64,000 nucleotides of DNA from Mantamonas sphyraenae STR306. Its lineage: Eukaryota > Protista > CRuMs. Position 1 is the stretch's first letter; the number at the start of each line of letters is the position of its first letter. Of this stretch, positions 23,901 through 35,651 are shown one piece after another. The DNA lies in the NCBI GenBank assembly GCA_026936335.1, contig JAPMXV010000056.1:186001-250000 (forward strand), in the 5' to 3' direction. The notes under the pieces were generated by a model. The model worked only from the letters and a program-made list of their open reading frames with translations. It searched no databases and had not been told where the DNA came from. A program made the position numbers and the translations under genes.

Positions 23901-26211
23901 CCAGTGCCTCCTGCACCACGCCTGCAGGCGTGTGTGTGCGTTCTCGATCAGAACACGGGGTTGCCCCAGCGGCTCCAAGCACCGCAACGTTTCTCTTGAC
24001 CGCCACCAGCTTCTTCTTCACAAACCTCAAGCTGAGGCAGTCTTTCGGTGATTGAGATGTCAAAGTCTCCACAATCACGGTCCGCTGGTGCTTCGTAAAT
24101 GGCAGGCCCACCATCCCCGTGTGCATCCCGCAAACAAGCGCCCCGACTGCGTTCCGTTCGAGCACCACACCGTCCAGCGTGTACTCGTGCAACGAGCCGG
24201 TGGTGGTTGTACTTCCCTCTGCGTCGTCAGCCTTCTCGATCGCCGTTTCCAGCAGTTGCTCAAACTCGGTCTCAATCACCTCCAACCGGGCCCCAACGTC
24301 CCCTCCCTGCTGCGCCACGTCGTTGAATGCCTGTACATGGCGAACGGCCTGCTGCAGGGCAAGTTTTGCGGCGGTACCATGCTTGTGCAGCTGCTGAACA
24401 ACGTGTTTTCCGTGCAGAGGGTCTCCATCATGCGCATCCCCGCCTTGCTTGCCCTCCTCTTCCGCTGTGTTTTCCTCTTCCGCTGTGTTCTCCTCGTCAG
24501 CTGTGTCCTCCTCCTTTCCCGTGTTCTCCTCTTCAGCTGTGTCCTCCTCTTCAGCTGTGTCCTCCTCTTCAGCGGCGCCTTCAAGGTCCGCGCACTGCGC
24601 GAATTCGCGGATCGGCTCCGGAGAAAACCAGGCCAGGTTGCCTTGGAAGCCTAGCACATACATAACAGAGGGCAGTTTCAGATTGTTGCTGACCACGTCC
24701 AGGCACTCCTCCTCCAATGCTTCGTCCATGGTAACTTCCGTGACCTCAGACGGGATGGCATTCCGGATCAGCCACACCGCCTGCGCCCCGTTGACATCGC
24801 TCGACCCTGCCACTGCAGCAGCACGCTTCTGCCGGCTGTTGGCGCTCTCACCCAGAGACTGCAAGGCACAAAGCCGAGATAGAGAGCGTGTGGCCGCAAT
24901 CTGGTCGCCAGGAGGGCATTCCCCACGTAGAGCTGCGTCAAGCGTTGGCTTTGAAGAAACAAAACAGATCTGCTCGTACTTGGCACTGCGCACAAGGCAC
25001 AGCAGCTGCCTGATGCCCTTGTGGCTGCTGTTCAGCGTGGTGGTGGACGACGGGCTCTTGATGATCGCAGACGTAACCAGATGCAGGTCGACAACGAGTG
25101 TTTTCGCCTCCCGGTTTGTCATATCCCACCCCGTGTGTTGTACATGTTGCAAGCCGAACACCTCCTTGCATGGCTGGAGCTTCTTGCGGGTGCCGTTGTT
25201 CCCAATGGTGGCCAACAACGACACCATTCCCTCGACCGTGGCCTTTCCATCCGAAACCAGTTCGTACAGGTCATCAACCACCCTTTCCTTCTCACTCCGT
25301 GTATCATCCTTCTTCTTCTTGCCTTTTCCCTTGGCATTTCTGCGATTCCGGCCCCTCCCTCCGCCACTGCTGCTGCTACTGCTGCTGCTGCTGCTGCTGC
25401 TGGCAGATGGCTCCATTTCGGCATCTCTCTGGGCCTGCTCGTTCTCGACGGTCTCTACGACTCTGAAGTACACTGTGAGTGCCAGTTTGAGGCTCTCTAG
25501 AGAGTTGGAGGACAGCTGTGTTTGTGCATGGCCTTCCTCCACGTTCTTTGCCCTCCCCTCCTCACTCTGACGTTGGGTTGCGCGTTCCAAGTCTTCCCGT
25601 ACTGTTTCATGCAGTCCATTCCAGTACGCCTGCCACTCGTCAAGTGCCAGCTCGTCCAGAGAGTCCTGCACCAGCTTCAGGCGTTCTTTCCCTTTCCGGC
25701 CCTTCTTCTTTCCAGAAAAAACCAAAAGCTGAGCCAGTTCTTCCTGGTCCAACTCATCAACGCGTGTGATAGTATCCTTTGGAAGCTGCTCCTCTGCATC
25801 ATCGGTCTCCTTGTCGCTCAGCCCATTCTCGGCGGGTGTGCCGTCAGACAATCCCAGGCGCCGCAACAGGTCAAGTTTTGGCGGCATGTGCAGCGGTGGG
25901 GGAGGTTTGAGCAGTGTCACCACCAAGCGGTGCTCGTTGTCATACTCGGCGTTGACCACAGAGGGCATGGACTTGGCTACCTCCAGCTTTTCATCGTCGG
26001 CGATCCCGTCCATGGTCATGCAGAGTTGGGTGCGTGGGGGCTGGCACGGTCTGCCCGTGAACCTGTTCTTCGACAGCTCCGATGTGTGCCAGTCGGCACC
26101 CACCAGTTCCTTGCGATGGATTCCCAAATAGCGGTCCAGAGTGTTGGCCTGTTGCTGGTCTGTTGTTTCCCTGCGTTCGTTTCTGCCACCTCCGGACTGC
26201 ACATGCGACAA
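20941..26211 (-). CDS. Giant Fanzor-like (TnpB superfamily) RNA-guided RuvC nuclease; 1756-codon open frame, first ATG at 26019 (1692 aa)
   Basis: C-terminus has RuvC-I FLVDDIG (~21775-21795), a basic helical bridge, VDVAEWHTSSVCICG (E at 21424-26), CLHCG, RuvC-III SDRDVRGCQGI (~21235-43) and terminal TGKEPEAFSPR resembling the Fanzor GxRPxxF end. Intronless, unlike both neighbours. Confidence 0.8.
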   Translation of the reverse strand: MSHVQSGGGRNERRETTDQQQANTLDRYLGIHRKELVGADWHTSELSKNRFTGRPCQPPRTQLCMTMDGIADDEKLEVAKSMPSVVNAEYDNEHRLVVTLLKPPPPLHMPPKLDLLRRLGLSDGTPAENGLSDKETDDAEEQLPKDTITRVDELDQEELAQLLVFSGKKKGRKGKERLKLVQDSLDELALDEWQAYWNGLHETVREDLERATQRQSEEGRAKNVEEGHAQTQLSSNSLESLKLALTVYFRVVETVENEQAQRDAEMEPSASSSSSSSSSSSSGGGRGRNRRNAKGKGKKKKDDTRSEKERVVDDLYELVSDGKATVEGMVSLLATIGNNGTRKKLQPCKEVFGLQHVQHTGWDMTNREAKTLVVDLHLVTSAIIKSPSSTTTLNSSHKGIRQLLCLVRSAKYEQICFVSSKPTLDAALRGECPPGDQIAATRSLSRLCALQSLGESANSRQKRAAAVAGSSDVNGAQAVWLIRNAIPSEVTEVTMDEALEEECLDVVSNNLKLPSVMYVLGFQGNLAWFSPEPIREFAQCADLEGAAEEEDTAEEEDTAEEENTGKEEDTADEENTAEEENTAEEEGKQGGDAHDGDPLHGKHVVQQLHKHGTAAKLALQQAVRHVQAFNDVAQQGGDVGARLEVIETEFEQLLETAIEKADDAEGSTTTTGSLHEYTLDGVVLERNAVGALVCGMHTGMVGLPFTKHQRTVIVETLTSQSPKDCLSLRFVKKKLVAVKRNVAVLGAAGATPCSDRERTHTPAGVVQEALGTDTMDWALLNRLCTYARASTGNVNLLAEPVLVEHSIQLPHTLAVHKRHEVELKDGKRGVVNVSMHSVLPRNPSVFVDEDLKEAFRVLMSPPAQGGPQLSEEEATVIGDMVKRLQRDRPGAEGDGESPRDDDEIDARDELQPQRSKVASSSSVANTMEQDTTLDTTQLGLLKYLLQMMRWKELAEVTKSLGSVSSQWAPAHECTAATQLCAVSRLANDVKVEEMARVNKLLRLDEPKERERAGDARLSRASKQKAKAALSSRDQELVPNVSTLQLAFQAARSNTEAATELGPKPTLSPSMCETLVKFTAAEVKAKVTASSVPIRFGKCVAEALDLLGGDSQNPEAVTAARDLAVCAIARLEYWTVNGVLKTLSNHEMSTTNWKVLDWKRKKTHTTREWREHVKSMYRKRHGQQGVAMLQHLGEILENDGVTNFFDTDTTTEEEDDGEEQAEDTVDHAVVQYLKSSGVQFNSDDKQLVLTPTHFNPGGGLSALLPTGSVKSEADALAHWDVVKTSPFLYKEEYLSVAEYDASWHRRVHGLPVDKHSGLTAPALAALPMLLFMAPLVSRMSRQILDAWCGGWSVSPEGRLRVVLYKAAKATAKTNDLQEILQPTDGFRRAIDNARGNLSKAHDVHTQRQLAKDFVRVLVTAKRAGLGKQVVQAFGFDLGFDWLARVPGHRRTGRKHQRDFSGIHGDPSLVKDTVFLVDDIGRRKDTYCVFVWDGNELLQHKIGNPSHSDLRAKAHLHRLARLDKHKDKHKWRAEHEHSRKVLRQEAQRLVSITRQVARAFGKSHCVLLAQSKFYGGLSLSNRVNTLIAEEMPWVDVAEWHTSSVCICGRALTRTVEHTVSKWDRQLACLHCGGSQNHHNERTALFAYIQDKIGLPVISDRDVRGCQGIVWRMMCLWATGKEPEAFSPRCKKAQKKKCAEEELKACLQRVFGDAEPKTEVIEVTLQEQDKQSEEMAQPTRRSARIAGKRRADVQGGGKE
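24455..24575 (-). repeat. 18-bp repeat encoding AEEE(D/N)T within the Fanzor-like ORF
   Basis: AEEEDTAEEEDTAEEENTGKEEDTADEENTAEEENTAEEE. Confidence 0.9.
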
Positions 26212-26347
26212 GATTACTAGCAGTGCCTAGAGCAACACTGCGCTCCTCTTACAGCTGATAAGAATGACTTGTGTGACCGCTTTTGTTGGAAAATGAACCG
26301 CGCTCAGAGTGTGCACAGCGCGCTGGTTTGGACAACACCGCACCAGC

Positions 26348-27570
26348 ATGGAGGTGGAGTTTCAAGGTATCTTGGACGAGCGAAAGCGGACGCAGGGGGT
26401 GGTGTATGCGAGCGCATTCAGCGGAGATGGCCAGTGGCTCGCGTGCGGCGACTCGCAAGGGAGGGTGATGTTGTGGGAGATCACGCGGTTCCTGTCGGCC
26501 AGGTATTGTCTGGACTCGAGCGCAACGTCGTCAGAACCCGTATACACTCTGTGGATGCCTGGGAAGCAACCTGTGTACACGGTGTGCTTTGTGCAGTTGG
26601 AGAACGGGCAATCGTTGCTGGTTAGGTGAGTCGCGGTGCAAGTGGGCACAGTAGAGGACGTTGCAGAGGGCAGATGTGCAGGAGACATGCTGACACGGTG
26701 TGCATGGATTGTGCTCGCGTCGCCGTGGTGCAGTGGAGGCGACCAGAACATCGTGGCGTGGGCGTGGGAGGAACTTGTGGAGGGCGAGGGCGGGAAGGAA
26801 GGTGTGGAGCCCGTGTTTGAGGTGACAAACCCACAGAAGCAGCTGGGACGGGGCGTGATGCAGGCTGTGGCCGAGACAAACGACATTGCGTTTGACAGGC
26901 GGCGTCAGGTGCTGTACAGTGCAGCAGGGAACGGGTGTACGTACAGCTGGGATTTGGAGAAGCTGGAAGCAAGCAACACGTTTGACGGCGGAAGCGCTTC
27001 TGTGCACGCTGTGCACGCCCTGGAATACTCTGAACAGGATCTCATTACAGGAGAAGAGGACGGCCTTGTGCGTATGTGGGATGTGCGCAGCAGCAGTCGC
27101 GTGGCGCTTGTCCTGGACCCGAGCACAGGGAAGGCCAGCGGATCGCGGACAGGGAGCAGCAACGGGAATGGTGGTGGCCGTGGATTTCAAGTGTGGCGGT
27201 AAACCAGGACGAGAGCTGGATGGTGTGTGGAGGCGGGGCCGGCTACCTGACAATGTGGCACCTGGCGTCGCAGGATCTGAACAGCGTGATGCCGACAGAG
27301 GCAGCTGTGCAGGCGTTGAGCATGGACAACGACTATATTTACAGTGCGGGCGAACAGGGCCTGCTGTGGCAGTGGCATCACAACGGTGAGCTGGAGCAGA
27401 ACATTCGCACGCGTGCAAACAGCGTGTTTACTGTCAGTCACAACAGCGAAGACGGCGTCCAGGAGCGACAAACGGACGTGCAAAAGGTGATTGCGTGTGC
27501 AGGCAACTCGGAGTATGTGGAAGTGTTTGGAGAGAGTGGAAACAGGATCGTGCGACTCGTTGTTCCCTGA
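26348..27570 (+). CDS. THOC6: THO complex subunit 6-like WD40 protein (intron ~26626-26732; apparent 1-nt deletion ~27178)
   Basis: VYASAFSGDGQWLACGDSQG, VAETNDIAFD, EDGLVRMWDVRS, WISSVAV..WMVCGGGAGYLTMWHL. Confidence 0.8.
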
Positions 27571-27735
27571 CGGGAACGAACACCAAAACACACTCAGTTT
27601 GAATGAAGGAGTGAGAATGGGAACAAGGAACAAAGGGGGCAGGAGAATACAGTGAAAGACGGTGCCTTGTGCAAGTGCGAGAGAGGTGCTGCGTTGGCGG
27701 CCCCAAGCAAACGCTTGTTTTCCAACGCACCTGGG

Positions 27736-28399
27736 ATGGTGAGTGATTCGACGGACTTGACAGAGAGGAAGGAGGGTGTGCAAACACACAGTTGGCGGTC
27801 ACTGACAAAGGCGTGTGGGGGTAACAGTCGAAACGCAAGACGTTGCTGCAGCAGTTTGCAAACGAGGTGGAGACACCCGAGGAGGGCCAGCAGGTGGCGC
27901 TGGTGCTGGAGAACAAGGGATCGTACAACTTTTTGGTGCAGTTGGCCAGTGAGGAAGGGGTAGAGAGCAGCGAGGAGGAGCGGCAGGTGCTTGTGCGGTT
28001 GCCGGCCAAGTTCAGGAATGCGCTGTACGTCAAGCGGGGATCCTACGTGATTGTGGACACTGGTGAAGACGCTACCGAGGGACTGGCTGGGTCGATTGCG
28101 ACTGTGATGAATGCCAAGAGCATCAAGAGTATGCGCAAGCAGGGCACATGGTACGTGGCGGGGAGATGCTCGGGGAGGTGGCAACGGCGCGTGTGCTCAC
28201 ACCACGGGAGTTGGGGACACACAGGCCCTTTGTACAGGAGGAGGAGGACGAGCAAGAGGGAGCAGACGGGGAGTTGGAGGCAGAAGAGGACGGAGAGGAC
28301 GATTTGCTGCAGAATCCGAACCACGCTCGGTTCCACGCGATGGCCAGCGACAGCGACAGTGACTCGTCATCAAGCGACGAGGAGGAAGAAGAGGAGTGA
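27736..28399 (+). CDS. EIF1AD: eIF1A-domain RNA-binding protein (3 exons; first coding exon is ATG only)
   Basis: ATG|GTGAGT..CAG|SKRKTLL, then PEEGQQVALVLENKGSYNFLV..LVRLPAKFRNALYVKRGSYVIVD and an acidic tail. Confidence 0.85.
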
Positions 28400-28458
28400 T
28401 GTGATAAAACAAAGTGGGGCCTGGACGCCAATTGAACATGCATTTGTGGTCGTGGAGT

Positions 28459-30233
28459 TCACCTGCGGCCCTTGCGCAGGGCAAGGGAGCGAGCAGAAAC
28501 TATGTGGTTGCGCAGGGAGCGCCAGGTGATGTTTGAGCCACCCTGTTCAAACTTGATGGTGGCTGAAAACGGGGGCTGCACACGGAGGTAGTGCATGCCG
28601 TCGGAGCTGGGAATCTGTACAATGTTTTCGTTGCCCACCTGGAGGGCGGTGAGGTCGTCCCAGTTTAACCTGGGTGCGTCGAGAGAGGCCTCGTCGTGGA
28701 TAGAGGAGGCTGTATCTGTGGCCAAGGAGCTGCTTGGGAGCTGATGCTCGTCGTCGTCAGCACCGGGCATGCCGGACATGAGCCATTCGGCAGCTTCCTC
28801 CAGCTGCGGGTGTCTGCGCAGCGCTTGCTGAGCATGTTCCTGCTCAAAGCCCATTTCCAACAGCCTGGCCATTGCCTCATCATGCTCTGGTCGACTGTCT
28901 GCAGGCTCCTCGGACCTCATGGTGCCGGGTTGGGTGCCCGGTCCGCTGGAGTGAGGGGTCTCGTCGCTCTCGGGGTCCATGTCGGCCTCGCTGGCCATGG
29001 TGGCGACACCCAAAGATCCCGTGGAGGGGTCACTGGCGGTGGTTGCTTCTGTGTCACTTTCGTGAGGAGGGGTGTGCTCGTGCTGCGTGACGTCAGCGGG
29101 AACGGAACGGAATAGGTGGTCTGCGTCGAGGAGGACGTCAAAGGAGATGCAGTTGTCGCGTAGGGTGTTGTCATGAAACTTTTCGTCGGCGAGGGAGTGG
29201 AGATCGAAGCTCATGAGGCAGTCGGCGAGGTTGGGTTCGGTGAGGGTCACCACAAGGCGTTTGTTTGACACGTGCACCACACCCTGTGTGGACAGCACCT
29301 CTTCGTTGCTGCTAAACATGCTTGTGAGACTGGTGAAGAACCCGGAGGATTTCGACTTTGTCCGTTTCCTGTGTGGTGCGCACGTGGCGGTGTTGTTTGT
29401 GTCAGCGACGAGAGAGAGTTCGGGACCGTTTCCGCCGCGTCGTTTCCCCCGTGGGAGCGCGAGTAGGAGCCGAGGTGAGCCTACCTGGACAACGTGAGCT
29501 CGATTCCGATGCATGAAAGGAGAAACTGCTCCCCGGAATACTCAGTGTGGGGTGGGGTCACGAGCATGGGCTCGCCGTAGCCCGTGGAACGGAACTGCGG
29601 TCCATTCCGCGTCAGCACCACGGGAGAGGACTCGTCGTCATCGTCGTTGCCGTGCCTATCCACAGACGGTTCCATGGCATAGCCATCATCATAATCGGCG
29701 GCGTCCGTGTCGATGCCATAGGCACCCGAGACTTGCGTGGCGGTGGGTGGAATCTGGTAAAACTCGCTTGCGCCGCCCATGCCCATGCCAGACACGGACA
29801 GATCCATCATGGGAGCAGACATGCCTTCCGAAGTACGTGCCACGTGGCCCTGTTGCTCCAGGATGTGTGCGGTGCGCGGTGCGTATTGAGGCGTGTGCAG
29901 TCCGGCCTGCTCGGCGAGCCGCTGTGCTGCGTGTGTGTGTTCCTCTTCGGACAGCGCACGTGCCAGCTCTGCATCGGCGTCGATTTCTTCTTGTGTTTGT
30001 CCCAGGCCGAATCTGTCGCCGCCTGCTGCGTGCTGTCCTTCCTCGGAGAGTGCGTACGCCATGGCCAGGTCGTCGTGCTCGTCGTAGCCCGTGCCTCCGT
30101 CACCTAGCATGTATGACGAGGAGGACGACGAGGAGGAGGAGGAGGAGGAGGCCGCGCCCAGACCTGCCCCGTCATCGACGCTGGCCGAAAGGTCAATTTC
30201 GACGATCTCGCCTTCGTCAAACACCGAAGACAT
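28459..30233 (-). CDS. UIM + WBP2-like GRAM/PH domain + inserted UBA protein (one intron ~29484-29369)
   Basis: UIM-like DDLAMAYALSEE and DADAELARALSEEE. GRAM-like GEQFLL..GIEL, GVVHVSNKRLVV, EKFHDNTLRDNCISF, ATIKFEQGG. UBA AMARLLEMGFEQEHAQQALRRHPQLEEAAEWLM. Confidence 0.6.
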
Positions 30234-30356
30234 TTCGTTGGCTGAGCAGAGCAGTGAGCGGATTGGGACAAAGACACCAGCGACAAATTCATTGACGGTG
30301 CATGCGGCGTGTGTGTGTATGTATGGGTGGGTGCGCGTGCGTGTGCATCTGATGGC

Positions 30357-31807
30357 TTAGTAGGTGTAGTTGGCCTGGAAGAGGCTCTCGCTGTCACCTT
30401 GGGCATCCTCCTCAAACTCGCCGAGGGTGGCCATGGCGTTGGCCTTGGCACGTGCGAGGAAGGCATCCTGAGCAGCCTGGACGTTTTCCGGGTTGCCCTG
30501 CCATGCCTTGAGGCAGGAAGCCTGCAGGGCGCGGCCAAAGGAGAAGGAGAGGTTCCAGGGGCGCTTGATGTTGAGCTCCTTGGAGTTCATGGCGGCCAGG
30601 TACTTGGTGGCGTCGAGTTCCGAGACACCGCCGGAAAGGAAGTTGATGCCGGGCAGGGCAGCAGGCACGGTGCGCGAGAGGGAAGTGACGGTGCCCAGGG
30701 CAATGTCAAAGGCGGTCACCTTGTCGCGACCGGCAAACTCGGAGCCCGGAAGAACCATGTTGGGCTTGAGGAGGGCGCCCTCGAGGAGGACGTGGTGGTC
30801 GTTGAGGGCCTTGAAGGTATGTGCCAAGACGTTCTGGGTCACCTTGGCGCACACGGTGATGTCGTGGTCGCCATCCATGAGGATCTCAGGCTCGACAATG
30901 GGCACCAGGCCGTTTGCCTGCGAGATGGCGGCGTAGCGTGCCAGCACGTGCGCGTTCTCCTCAATGGCGAGCTGCGAGGGCTGGCCGTTGGAAGGGTTGA
31001 TCTTGAGCACGCAGCGCCTACAAAACGTGGTGGTTGGGAGGACAGTGTAGGTGTGAGTGGCCGCACGCCAGAGACAAGTGAGAGAGCACCGGGGCAAGAG
31101 GGGAAATCGCGGACGACGACTGTGCGAAAACTGTGTGCAGGGACGTACCACTTGGCGAAGCGGGCACCAGCTTCGTAGTACTTGATGCAGCGGGTGTCCA
31201 GGTCGGTGAGGCCCTGGGTGGTGGTTTCGCCGTCGGTACCGGGGAGGACCTTGACGCCCTTGTCGGTTTTGATGCCCGGGATCACGCCCTCCTTGGCAAG
31301 AAGCTCGACAAACGGGGTGTCGTCGCTTGCGTTGCCGAGAAGAGTCTCCTCATAGGTGATGGCACCGCTGATGTACTCGCCCATGCCTGTGGGGCAAAGT
31401 GCGCGTGTGTGAGAAAGCGAGGGCGGGGCGCGGAAGAAAACGGGCTCATGGAAGGATGCGCGCATTACCCTTGGTGGTGAACAGGAGCTCGCGGTAGGCC
31501 ACGCGGTTCTCGAGGGTGTTCTCGACGCTGATGGAGGCCAGGCGCTTGCCAATGGTGCCTGTGGACTCGTCAGCAGCCAGGATTCCCTTGCCCGGCTGGG
31601 CAATGGCGTTCTGTGTGCAGTGGTGGGTGGGAGAGGTCAGCGAACAAAAGGCAAAGGTCGTGCGGGCGGCTGGAAGTTTCCGGTCCGCCGAGGGCAAAGG
31701 GCCGAGCACGCTGCAGAGTGTGTGTGCACGCCTTGATGTGGACGGGAGACACGTACGGCGGTTTCGATAAGCTCGTCGCGATAGTCAGCTGCAGCAGAGG
31801 AAGACAT
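30357..31807 (-). CDS. FBA: Class I fructose-bisphosphate aldolase (4 exons)
   Basis: [57 protein letters not shown]-terminal Tyr. Confidence 0.97.
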
Positions 31808-32012
31808 GGAAATGTGTGGTTTTCTCAAGGTGGTTGGGCGAGCGCATGGTGGTGGTGGTGGTGGACGCAAGAGGACACCTCAACACTGATGCACAACATG
31901 ACCTGGCAACGCGAACTTGCATTTTCGTGCACGACAACCACCCTGGGAACAGGATGGGCGTGCGTGTTGGAGAAAACGACGCGTTGCTCAGCAGGCTCGA
32001 CGCAGAGAGCGC

Positions 32013-33317
32013 TTAGTTGGTCTTCTTCATGGGCATGGAGAGGAAGGAGTGGGCCTGGGACTTGTTGCAAGTGCCGGCGCTGACGTCGCAGGTGTATCCG
32101 TTGGGGCAGCAGTGCTCGTGGTCGGAGCAGCAGGTGGCGTTGGCGTAGGGGCAGCAGCCATAGCCGCCGCTCTGCAGCTGGCAGCAGGTGGAGCCATCGG
32201 GGCAGCTGGAGCCACCGCTGGGGCACTTCACGTCACCGACAACGGGCTCGTCGTCAGCGATCTTGGCGTGGAACTTCTTGCCCATGGGGATCACGTCGTC
32301 CTCGTCGCTCTGCTTCTTGCACTGGCCCTGGGACAGGTCGCAGGTGTAGTCGTTGGGGCAGCAGTGCTGCTTGTCAGAGCAGCAGGTGGCGTTGGGGTAC
32401 GGGCAGCAGCCATAGCTACCGCTCTCCAGCTGGCAGCAGGTGGTGCCGTCCGGGCACGAGCTCTTGCCGTCGCCGCACTGCACGTCCTCAGTCTTGGGGT
32501 GAGCCGGGAACTTCTTCTTCATGGGCACAACGTGGCCGGTGGAGTTCTTGTTGCACTGGCCGGCGGCAACGTCGCAAGTGTAACCGTTGGGGCAGCAGTG
32601 CTGGTGGTCGGAGCAGCAGTCAGCCTCCTTGTACGGGCAGCAGCCATAGCCGCCGCTCGCAAGCTGGCAGCAGGTGGAGCTGTGAATATAACGAGGCAGC
32701 AACGACAATGGATGTGTGAGTGGACCAGCTGGGATTCACAAAAGGCAAGTGGAGCTTTTGGGGACGCCAAGATGTCCGGAGCCGATACACGCGAAAGGAG
32801 AGCGCAATGCGTTTCCAACCTACCCGTCTATACACAGCCGTACACAGTCACAGTCGACGCACAAACACGTACAACCACACATGCGCGCACGCAGTGGGCA
32901 CGTGGGCGAGGGGACAAGCAGTGGGGGGTGTCAGTGGACGTGAGGGCGTGTAGTTTTGCGGCAAACACAGAAAGGAGGGCCGTGAGAGGGGAAATTCCCA
33001 GGCGCCGCGTGAACAGCACAAAGACGGCTGTGCGTGGCCTAGAGTGCCAACATACCCGGGCACTGGCCTGAGTACGTGCGAAAGCAGGCGGGAAGAGGCA
33101 TTGGGTGTGAGTCAGGTGGTTGCAACACATGCTGTGTGGAAAAGAAACGTCGGTGGCACGGATTCGGTCCGGTTGGAAAAAAGCGCCAAACGGCACGCGC
33201 CGGCCCCCCCGGGTGCAATGTGGGTGCGCACAACCTACTCTTCTGGTCGGGGCACTCGCCACAGAGGACGACGGCCGCAAAGGTCACAACAACAAAGACG
33301 GTGAAAGTAAACTTCAT
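32013..33317 (-). CDS. Secreted progranulin-like protein, 3 granulin repeats; exons 33317-33239, 33067-33056, 32827-32824, 32679-32013
   Basis: Signal peptide MKFTFTVFVVVTFAAVVLC. Granulin pattern CPDGSTCC..GYGCCP..A.CCSD..HCCPNGYTCD...C occurs three times. Confidence 0.9.
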
Positions 33318-33469
33318 CTCGAGTGTTTTTTTGGTTGTCGCGCACGACGCCACGTTGTCCAACACACATCCAATCCGCACACAAAAGCGTGGGAGTTGGC
33401 TGAAACCGTGTCCTCCCCCCGGGGGAACACCTCTGCCGAACGCCCACAATGCCCACAATGCCTCGATGC

Positions 33470-35556
<2,087 letters not shown>

Positions 35557-35651
35557 GCGAACAAGCTGCACAGCTTTGGACAATCAAGGCAAGGCTGCAT
35601 TTTGCTCCCACCACACACTCGTTTGACCATGGTTGAACACACACACACAGT

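Larger units (their letters stand above)
20759..26289 (-). mobile_element. Putative non-autonomous Fanzor-carrying element bounded by TTGTTGG direct repeats
   Basis: TTGTTGG at 20759-20765 (3 nt beyond the outer RNA stem) and at 26283-26289. No TIRs or transposase recognised. Confidence 0.35.

Noticed and set aside
20941-26211. Interpretation as Cas12 or bacterial contamination
   Set aside because: No CRISPR array or cas genes; contiguous with intron-containing eukaryotic genes; the catalytic arrangement is Fanzor-like.
26215-26242. CTAG motifs and CAGTG..CACTG hairpin as Helitron or CACTA termini of the Fanzor element
   Set aside because: No matching terminus at the other end and no Rep/helicase or transposase; too short to be significant.
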